Below are positions 15,627-23,900 of a stretch of DNA of 25,984 nucleotides, in pieces. Location of the stretch: the IMG/VR virus record IMGVR_UViG_3300020044_011464, positions 1 through 25,984 of that record, one strand, 5' to 3'. The number at the start of each line of letters is the position of its first letter. Position 1 is the first letter of the stretch. Under the pieces are notes generated by a model, which saw only the letters and a program-made list of their open reading frames with translations, did not search any database and was not told the DNA's origin. The stretch is from a virus (lineage: Duplodnaviria; Caudoviricetes). The position numbers and the translations under genes are program-made.

Positions 15627-16153
15627 TTGATATTTAGTTTTGCTTTGATTTCTTCAAGAGAGGTGAAGATGGTCTTGCCTCCAGTTTTTTCATAAACATG
15701 ATCGACGCACGTATTGATGTATTGAGGATCATCTTTCCAAGCGCCATACCACGTTTTCTTTTTGATGCTTTTGGAATGAACGTGTCCATGAATGTTTGCT
15801 ACTCGACCCCGCATTTCAAGCGGGTGAATAGGACAGTGCGTTAGCCACATTCGCTTATATGACAACATGCCATAGATTTCATCAAACACTTCTGCTTGAA
15901 GTTTTGTCGAAACATAATCATCGTGATTTCCTTTGATTAGAATTTTGCGACCACGAAGATTTTTGAATACTGCCAAAGCTTCATCAGAGAACGCTGCATC
16001 GCCCATGACGTAAACGGTGTCATTTTTGCGAATAGTTTGTTGCCAATGATGACAAAAGATTGTCGTGTTGTCTTCCACAGATTTTACCCATGGTCGATAT
16101 TTAGGAATGTTTTTGTGACCCAAGTGTGGGTCGCCTACGAAATATGCACTCAT
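15623..16153 (-). CDS. calcineurin-like metallophosphoesterase
   Basis: GDPHLGH, MGD, KGNHD, THCP and HGHVH. 4-nt overlap with the kinase gene. Confidence 0.9.
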   Translation of the reverse strand: MSAYFVGDPHLGHKNIPKYRPWVKSVEDNTTIFCHHWQQTIRKNDTVYVMGDAAFSDEALAVFKNLRGRKILIKGNHDDYVSTKLQAEVFDEIYGMLSYKRMWLTHCPIHPLEMRGRVANIHGHVHSKSIKKKTWYGAWKDDPQYINTCVDHVYEKTGGKTIFTSLEEIKAKLNIK

Positions 16154-16356
16154 TTTGATTTACCTTGATCTACGAAATCGTAGAGTTTAAATGGGTTCGT
16201 GCCATTGGCGAAATCGAACTCGCTATATTGAAAAACATAGCCGCCGATTTTCTTTGCGCAATCTCTTGCCCATTGTTCTGCACCTTTTAATGCTCCATCA
16301 TACGATTGATGGAAGTTGTTTTTTTTGTCGAATACTCTGTATTTGCTATGTGCCAT
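16150..16356 (-). CDS. hypothetical protein
   Basis: 68 aa with an ATGA overlap and an A-rich leader. Confidence 0.7.
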   Translation of the reverse strand: MAHSKYRVFDKKNNFHQSYDGALKGAEQWARDCAKKIGGYVFQYSEFDFANGTNPFKLYDFVDQGKSK

Positions 16357-16406
16357 ATTGTTATTTTGTTGTTTTTAGGATAATTAGAATGATTATTGTT
16401 TGTAAG

Positions 16407-16652
16407 TTATGCATAAGTTAATTTGAATGCAACTCGTCCAGTGTCGAAATTGTTGGTAACGTAACAGTCGATGAATATTTCGTTGCCGTGAATTTGCGTG
16501 GAGTTAATTTGCATTATGTATTGAACTTTGTCAAGAACTATTTTGTGTAATTTTTCGGGCATTGGCTCAAATTGCTCACAAACAGGCTCGTCGCCAAGCT
16601 TCCATGGAAAGAGATGGTTCTCGCCGATGATTGTTACTTTAGGCATTTTCAT
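16407..16652 (-). CDS. hypothetical protein
   Basis: 81 aa with an ATGA overlap to the nuclease gene. Confidence 0.68.
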   Translation of the reverse strand: MKMPKVTIIGENHLFPWKLGDEPVCEQFEPMPEKLHKIVLDKVQYIMQINSTQIHGNEIFIDCYVTNNFDTGRVAFKLTYA

Positions 16653-17167
16653 TGTTTTTTAAGTATTGTGTGTTTGATTCCGTCAACGATGTCTGTCATT
16701 TTAATCAAAGAAAGAAGATCTTTACGCCCTCTTCTTTGATAGCCAGTATAGAGTGGCATACGAACCTCTACGTTGAGTTGAGAAAGATCGCACAGCTTTT
16801 CACAGAGTCGCGCCAAAAGCTTTCTATCTACCAGCAGGAAATCGTGTTCACGCTCAAATGCAATGATGTTTGAAGCTCCATAGAGCCAACCCCTTTTTCC
16901 TTGCACGTTGGCAAACTCAATCCACACTACATCATCGTTGTATTTGTCATCTGCGCGTTTCACTTTCTTGCGCGATTTTACATCCACTGCTGTTCTTGGA
17001 AGCCTCGATCCTTCGACCCAATAGTCAATGTGACGAATCTCTTCTTGAAAAGAAGATTTCTCGCAAGATAAACCTGCTTTTATCATAGAGCTTTCAAACG
17101 AGGACTCAGCTTTATCGCCGCTCTCGAATGCTTCGCCTGTTTTGTCGTATCTGTTTTTATAAGCCAT
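16649..17167 (-). CDS. PD-(D/E)XK restriction-endonuclease-fold protein
   Basis: AE..F, HIDYW, VDVKSRK, WIEF.NV.GK.GWLYG and IAFE. Start moved to ATG 17167 (MAYKNRY) because the track start lies in a -35 box. Confidence 0.72.
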   Translation of the reverse strand: MAYKNRYDKTGEAFESGDKAESSFESSMIKAGLSCEKSSFQEEIRHIDYWVEGSRLPRTAVDVKSRKKVKRADDKYNDDVVWIEFANVQGKRGWLYGASNIIAFEREHDFLLVDRKLLARLCEKLCDLSQLNVEVRMPLYTGYQRRGRKDLLSLIKMTDIVDGIKHTILKKQ

Positions 17168-17615
17168 CTCTGTTATATGATACCAAAATCTTGCCATTGT
17201 CAAGAGAAAATTTTACGTTTTTGTCTCTTTTTTTTATGTAATTTAAATAGGTTTTTAATTTGTAGTGTCGTCGAACTTCTCCAACGAATGGTTTATTGTG
17301 ATCAAATTTATTCCAGTAAAACTCTCTAAATGCTCTAAAGTTTTTTACCAAATCAAATGGACCACTGAAAATAAATTGTATTTCTATGTGGGCTTCGCGC
17401 TGAGAGAGAGCAACAAAAAATGTGACTTTGTTATTGTGGCTACAGTAGAAAATATCACATTCTGTCAAAAGAAATTCGTAATATTTTTTAATTTGGATCA
17501 TCTTGAGTGACTGGCTTTTAATGGAACAAAAGTCATAGGGCTTTGAGCGGATGCAATAATCTATCACTGCTGATGCAATCATTTGATTGTCGTTCTTTAA
17601 CTGCTGAAAGTTCAT
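17157..17615 (-). CDS. hypothetical protein
   Basis: 152 aa, divergent from the tail module. No motif recognised with confidence. Confidence 0.7.
   Translation of the reverse strand: MNFQQLKNDNQMIASAVIDYCIRSKPYDFCSIKSQSLKMIQIKKYYEFLLTECDIFYCSHNNKVTFFVALSQREAHIEIQFIFSGPFDLVKNFRAFREFYWNKFDHNKPFVGEVRRHYKLKTYLNYIKKRDKNVKFSLDNGKILVSYNRDGL
17177..17203 (-). promoter_or_regulatory. possible sigma70-type promoter within the end of the upstream gene
   Basis: TTGACA (17203-17198), 15 nt, TG-G-TATCAT (17182-17177), 9 nt to ATG. Confidence 0.5.
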
Positions 17616-17632
17616 TTTTTTAATTTATAATA

Positions 17633-17641
17633 GTGTAAATT
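17633..17641 (+). promoter_or_regulatory. candidate late-promoter motif GTGTAAATT
   Basis: Starts 14 nt before ATG 17647, at the head of the tail-tip operon. Confidence 0.6.
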
Positions 17642-17646
17642 AGAGT

Positions 17647-19926
17647 ATGGCACAAGGACAAGATCGGATAGCAAGCAGTTTATTAGAGCTGCAACCCACA
17701 GCTATTATAGAGCTTTTTTTACTCTATTTCAATACTGTTGACAAACCCAATGCATTTATTGCATTTCATGGTGGATCTGTCTATAACAAAGGAATTGTAT
17801 GGCAAGGTATTGAATATTTGCCTATTCCTGTAGAAACTGATGGCTTCGAAGTAAATGCCAATGGTCAATTGGCTCGACCAAAGATGCGCATTTCTAACAA
17901 GGATTATTTCGCCACTGATCTATTGATCAACAATGATGATCTGCAATTTGCTAAGGTAATTCGTAAAAGAACTTTTGTCAAGTATTTAGACGATATTAAC
18001 TTTGATGGTGGGAATCCTTGGAGTCAAGCAGATGCGTCAGCAGAACTCTCTAACGATACTTTTGTTATCGGTCAAAAGACAGCAGAAAACAAAATATTTA
18101 TTGAGCTAGAGTTGACTTCTCCGCTAGACTTGGAAAATTTCGAAGTTAATAATCGTTTGATTATGTCTCGTTATTGTTCGTGGCATTATCGCGGCAATGG
18201 TTGCAATTATAATGGTATTCCTATCGCTACCGAAGAAGGAGAAAAGCTCATTGTAGCGAATCCAGTTGATTGGTTTACTAATCAAGCTCAGAAAAAATGG
18301 TCAGAACAAACATCTTACGTTTCAGGAGATGCTGCATATATTGAAAATCAAAAGATTACTATTGCAGATCCAATTGATTCAACTCAAACTACATTTGCTA
18401 AAATTTGGTATGTATGTCAATCAGGACACTCCAGCTCTAGTTCTACTATTCCCGACAAAAATCCTTCACTATGGAAGCGTGATGGTTGTAATAAAAAGCT
18501 TGATGGATGTAAATTACGCTTTGGTAAAGGAGCAATTGAATTTAATGAATTAACAGAAGAGCGAACAGCTCATTTTGTTGATTTTACCTCTCGCAATAAA
18601 ACATCACGATATAATAATATTTCTCCATACGCGACCATCTCTGCATCATCTACATCTACCACATCAGATGTAAATAAAATGAACGATTTAATTAGCGGCT
18701 CAACAAGTGTATGGCAAGCTTCAGGTAATCTAAAAACTGCAACAGTAACTCTTGAATGGACTGAGCCACAGAATATTAACAGAATTGACATATACGATAA
18801 TACTAGCAGTGCTAATTTCAACAATGCTTATATTAGATATTTTAATACTAATACTAGCTCAGATCCTTTTGCATCTGGCACATTTGCAACTGTTGATGAT
18901 GGAACACGTTCCACTACTGGTTTTGCAAATAGATTAGTAGATAAAATAATTATTTCTGGCAGTGGAGTTGCCACGGTTTCTTCATTAAGTGAGATTGCTG
19001 TATTTGAAACAAATGCTCCTAATTTAGTTTATTACGATCAAGAGTCTATTCCATTGCATAGAAACGATTTTTTTCAAATTTCTACATGGATTGGACTAAG
19101 TGGTCGTGATTTATATAAGAATGAGCTTTATTCAGTATTTCATAATATCAGCGGTGGCTGTCGATATAGTGGTATTAATTTATACCTTTCTGGAGAAAAT
19201 CTTTTGCTAGACTTTGCGACACGCACCACGGGCGCTCAGCAAATCAATAGAACTTTAACTCTGCCATGGAAAAATGATGAATTGCGACCATTGCATTTGA
19301 TATGTTCAGGCGGCAATGCAACTGGGCCAGAACCAAGTGCCACAACTCCTGGCTATATTGAATTGACAGATGGTATATCAGCGCCAAGTCGTTTTACTTT
19401 ATCTGGATCAACAGGTGAATATTTTAGATTTAAAAATTCTCATTATCAAAGCGGTATCGTAAATAATCAGTATCGTTTAAAATTTGGATTAAATGATTGG
19501 CAATTTCCAACTGGCAATGACTTTGTTCCTGATCCACTTGGGGCATCAAATCAAATTGTTAGCAACATGAAATTGGTAAGTCCAATTCAGTTTGGACCCA
19601 CTGCATTTTGGACAGGTGCTAGTGGAATTAATGTAAGAATTGACGATCATAATCAATCTGTATATAGAGACTATACCGATTTCACAGGAAAAAAAGCAAA
19701 CACTCAAGATTTATTGGGTTGGTGGGAAATGGAAACTGGAGTTGGAACGACAGAAATTTCAGCACAAAACAACGCATCTAAAAAGTTGATATTATCTGGT
19801 GATAATCCATCGGATTTCAATAAATCAGTAACAGCTTCTGTATCGCTGGCTCAAATTCTCAATACCCCAAAACAAAATATAGAACTGCCATTTGGTGGAT
19901 TCCCTGGAACAGAAAAATATGGTTAA
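17647..19926 (+). CDS. lambda gpL-like minor tail protein with large insertions
   Basis: IELF, WQGIEYLPIPVETDGFE, RPKMRISN, RKRTFVKYLD.INF, CSWHYRGNGC, DGCNKKLDGCKLRFG and C-terminal LPFGGFPG. Confidence 0.9.
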   Translation: MAQGQDRIASSLLELQPTAIIELFLLYFNTVDKPNAFIAFHGGSVYNKGIVWQGIEYLPIPVETDGFEVNANGQLARPKMRISNKDYFATDLLINNDDLQFAKVIRKRTFVKYLDDINFDGGNPWSQADASAELSNDTFVIGQKTAENKIFIELELTSPLDLENFEVNNRLIMSRYCSWHYRGNGCNYNGIPIATEEGEKLIVANPVDWFTNQAQKKWSEQTSYVSGDAAYIENQKITIADPIDSTQTTFAKIWYVCQSGHSSSSSTIPDKNPSLWKRDGCNKKLDGCKLRFGKGAIEFNELTEERTAHFVDFTSRNKTSRYNNISPYATISASSTSTTSDVNKMNDLISGSTSVWQASGNLKTATVTLEWTEPQNINRIDIYDNTSSANFNNAYIRYFNTNTSSDPFASGTFATVDDGTRSTTGFANRLVDKIIISGSGVATVSSLSEIAVFETNAPNLVYYDQESIPLHRNDFFQISTWIGLSGRDLYKNELYSVFHNISGGCRYSGINLYLSGENLLLDFATRTTGAQQINRTLTLPWKNDELRPLHLICSGGNATGPEPSATTPGYIELTDGISAPSRFTLSGSTGEYFRFKNSHYQSGIVNNQYRLKFGLNDWQFPTGNDFVPDPLGASNQIVSNMKLVSPIQFGPTAFWTGASGINVRIDDHNQSVYRDYTDFTGKKANTQDLLGWWEMETGVGTTEISAQNNASKKLILSGDNPSDFNKSVTASVSLAQILNTPKQNIELPFGGFPGTEKYG

Positions 19927-20323
19927 AGAAATTCAAAACAAATCAATTGCTAAAATACGCGATTTTATAGTTAACGCTTGCAATGCGCAGACTTCTCAAG
20001 AAGTATGTGGATTCATTGGTTGGGATAACCCCGAATATATTGCCACAGTAGAACACAATGACGCTGCTGATCCAAAAAACTTTTTCGCGATTAATCCAGC
20101 ATCGTATTTGATGTTTGCTAGTGATTATGATATGCTAGCAATTTTCCATAGCCATATCGTTGGTGATGAAAATCCATCAGAGTTTGATATTAAAATGGCA
20201 GAGGCGTGTTGTGTTCCTTTTGTTATTTATTCTCTCAATACCAAAAAATTCCATATTTATGAGCCTAGCGAATGCGAATTAGATGTAAAAGCATTTGCAA
20301 GGTTAAAGGAGGCTCTCAAATGA
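19919..20323 (+). CDS. lambda gpK-like tail assembly protein (JAB/MPN domain only)
   Basis: EVCG, FHSH...PSEFD JAMM motif, lying between L and I. Start at ATG 19919. Confidence 0.85.
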   Translation: MVKEIQNKSIAKIRDFIVNACNAQTSQEVCGFIGWDNPEYIATVEHNDAADPKNFFAINPASYLMFASDYDMLAIFHSHIVGDENPSEFDIKMAEACCVPFVIYSLNTKKFHIYEPSECELDVKAFARLKEALK

Positions 20324-20988
20324 CACAAGTAACGCTACATGGTATATTGGCAAAAGAATTTAAAAAAACTTTTAGCCTATCAATTAAACGCCCAAAAGAG
20401 GTGTTTGATGCTATTTCATGCGCTCATAGCAACTTTAGAAATAGAATTGTAGAATTATCAAATCAAGGAATTCATTTTACTCTACTGGTTGATGGTAAAA
20501 AGATGGAAACTGTTGAAGAGTTGTCTGTTATGTCCGATAATCAACAGATTGATATTGTTCCTTTAGTGTGTGGCGCAGGAGCTGTGGCTATTGGTGTAAT
20601 CGGAGCGGGACTCGCTTCCGTTGGAGGTGCTATCGGTACGAGCGCTTTCTTAGTAGGACTGGCAGGAAGCGCTGGTGCAGCAGCTATTGGTTCTGCTATA
20701 ACGTCTTTGGGAATTGGTCTTGTAATGATGGGCATTCAAATGGCACTTGCCCCAAAACCAAAAATGGATAGACCTTCTTCGGATGTTAATTCAGCAAAAC
20801 AGTCTTTCTTGTTTTCGTCTAAAGCGAATACTGCCGAACAAGGTATTCCTGTGCCTGTTGGATATGGTAGATTGCGTGTGGGATCTGCGGTGATACAATC
20901 AACCATCAAATCTTACCCACAAGGATTCGAAAAAGAAAATGCACTAATTTCTGATGGACAATCTCTTAACAATGATAGAACCTCATAA
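20320..20988 (+). CDS. lambda gpI-like tail assembly protein
   Basis: VTLHGILAKEF...IDIVPLVCGAG (ubiquitin-like), Gly/Ala-rich hydrophobic segment, and NTAEQGIPVPVGYGRLRVGS. ATGA overlap start at 20320. Confidence 0.88.
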   Translation: MTQVTLHGILAKEFKKTFSLSIKRPKEVFDAISCAHSNFRNRIVELSNQGIHFTLLVDGKKMETVEELSVMSDNQQIDIVPLVCGAGAVAIGVIGAGLASVGGAIGTSAFLVGLAGSAGAAAIGSAITSLGIGLVMMGIQMALAPKPKMDRPSSDVNSAKQSFLFSSKANTAEQGIPVPVGYGRLRVGSAVIQSTIKSYPQGFEKENALISDGQSLNNDRTS

Positions 20989-23900
20989 TGAAACACGTTA
21001 ATAAAAAATTTTTAATTAGAGGAGCTGGTAAAGGAGCGCCGAAGCCAAAACCAGCTATTCTAAATCCACCAAAACTAGGAGGATTTAAATCAGTTGCTTC
21101 TTATAGTGTTGCAGAGATTATTGATTTAATCTCCGATGGACCGATTGAAGGATTAGTAGATCAAAATAGTGAGACACTTACTAAAGATATTTTTAAAGGT
21201 ATTTATTTAGATAACACACCTATACAAAATACTGAAAGCTTGAATGCAGCAGACAGTTATGGCAGTTTGTCGATTGCTAATTTAACTAATGCGATTAGTA
21301 GCATCTACATTGAAAATGGAAAATTTAAAACTATTGTCAAGCAACCGCTGTCAACTGAAGGAGTTTTTTTTGCAAAAACAAAATCGCTAGGTGTTGAGCG
21401 ATTTGCCACAACGATTCCATTGTATGAAAAAAGTTGGAATAACTTTCTAAATATAAGCGTTAAAAATCCACTGCCAGCGTATTGGGGTCTAGCAGATAAT
21501 AAAATTGAAATTCATCACGCATCTCCAATTGTTCAAAAATCAGCAATTTTAAACTCTTTTCAAGCCATCTTAAACGCTTCGAAAAATAATAGTGACCCAA
21601 TTTTTAAATCAATCGCCCAAAAGAATATCAAAACATTAGAGAAGATAAAAAATCTAATGAATCAATCAAGTTACGTTTCTCAAAAACGTGTTCCTGGGCT
21701 TGTAAACACTTGTTTTATTATTATTGATTTGATTAATAACACGAAAATAAATTTTAATGACGAGATCTCAAGCGATAAAGATATAGATTTTTCGATCAAA
21801 GGCTTATCTGATAAGTTTGATTATGTATATACATTAACTCAGCCAGAGATTGATCAAAATAACAAATATACTGGAAATGTTCAGAGCATAGTTATTATTG
21901 CTGCACCATTAATTGAATTAAGGAATCCAAAAGATAAATATAGCAACTGGTATTACTTCTCTAAAAGCTTATTGACGGCTTTAAATCAAAGCGATATTAA
22001 ATTGCAAGCATCGGAAAAAACACCTCAAATATCTATCAGAACTAATGAATTGTATAATTTTTCTAATGTGTCATGCCAATTTAAAAATGGCGAAGAATTT
22101 CAGAGTAGTTTAGGCGGTTTTGATAAAGTTATTAATGATTATGCTTATGAGGCTCGATTGGTTGGACCATTTGTTAAATCGCAAGCAATACAAAGAATTG
22201 TAGTTAATACTAATGATAACCAATTCAAACTCGGAGCTGCTGGTTTAAATAGCAATAATCTAAGCATATCTCAAACAGCTTTGATTAATGGACAAGAAGG
22301 ATCAAGAGACCAGAGAGCTTACGGAACAGCTCAAAATAATTATTCTGATTGGAATAATGAAAACGAGAAAAAAGATTATAATTCTTTATCGGTAACGCAT
22401 ACTATCGAAAATCCTTTTGTCGATAAAGTATCACTTTCAATCGTTATTAATGCGCTGTCAGATACGATACATTTAACTACAGAAGGAGTTAAAGATGTTG
22501 GCAAATTAGAAGCTGGTTCAAAGATTCCGTCGATTGTCGCTATCAGAATTGAAACTGGAAAGATAACAAATGGAGAGAAAAAAGATTTCCAATCATATTC
22601 TTATTCTATAGTTGGTTTAATTGAAGGCGCTTGTATAATTGATTTTGGTGCGGATTATAGTGAAGCAGAAAATTTATTAAAAGACTCTGTAAAATTAATT
22701 GATGGAGACAACTTAAATGACGCGAACTTAACTCGTCCATTTGATCTTCCAGCACTTACTGATGGCGAAGATCCATCTACCACTAAAAGATATATCAAAG
22801 TTGTAAAATTGTCTTGTGAAACAAACTCGACTCTTATTAATAAAGAAATCTCGCTTGGTAAAGTAACTGAAATAATTGACCAAAGACTTTCTTATCCATT
22901 TTCAGCAATTGCAGGTATTAAATTAGACGCTAGAGCTTTCGGTTCTATTCCAGAGCGTAGTTATGACTGCAAATTAAAAAAAGTTAAAATACCTACGAAT
23001 TATAAAATTATAGACTCTCAAACGAGACTAGATATTCGGTATGTCAAAAGCGCAAAAGATTACACTACTACAAAACAAATTTATGAAGGGGATTGGGACG
23101 GTTCTTTTACGAATGGTTGGACGGACAATCCAGCGTGGATATTATATGACTTGCTAACCAGCAAACGATATGGCTTAGGCGCTTACATTGATGAATCCCA
23201 AGTTAACAAATGGGAGCTTTATAAAATTGCTAGATTCTGCGATGCAGTAGATGATGAGGGCTACTTTATAGGCGTTAGCGATGGTGTTGGTGGATTAGAG
23301 CCGCGATTCTCTTGCAATATTCTCTTTAAAGAGCAAACAAAAGTATATGACGCAATCAACATCATCGCGAACTTATTTCGCGGTATAGTTTTCTTTGGCG
23401 GTTCTGAAATTCACTTCCTTGATGATAGACCAAGAACTCCAATTGCTTTGTTTAATAATGCAAATACCAAAGACGGAATCTTTAACTATAGCAATATTCG
23501 TAGAGACTTACAGTTTAATACTGTTGAGGTGGTATACTTAGATCGTTTTGATAACTATAAAACAAAGGTAGAATATATCCAAGACGAACAAGATATTCGT
23601 AAAAGAGGAGTTTTCAAAACAACGATCAATACATCTGGTGTCACATCGAGAGCTATGGCTCGCCGCATTGGTCAACATATTATTTATCAAACCACAAAAG
23701 AAAATCAAAGCGTAGACTTTTCTGCTGGATTAGAAGCTCTTCTATGCAGACCTGGTGACTTGATTATTGTTGAGGATGAAATGAAAACCCGTGCAATTAA
23801 CTATGGCAGAGTATTAGAGGTGGATGTAACAAACAAAAAACTTCGAATTGATAACCAATTTATTAGCGGTCAATATACAGGATTCATTACTCTTTATACT

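Noticed and set aside
16649-17167. Nuclease as a homing endonuclease or part of a restriction-modification system
   Set aside because: No adjacent methyltransferase, intron or interrupted gene. Only the fold can be supported.
17157-17615. Possible GNAT-like fold
   Set aside because: Only a vague strand pattern with no acetyl-CoA binding motif, so left as hypothetical.
5521-19370. Other TTGACA hexamers inside coding regions (near 5521, 17738, 18786, 19363 and several on the minus strand)
   Set aside because: Not at gene boundaries and expected by chance in AT-rich DNA, so not called as promoters.
18526-19884. gpL insertion as an intein
   Set aside because: No Cys/Ser start with His-Asn end, and no LAGLIDADG or HNH motif.
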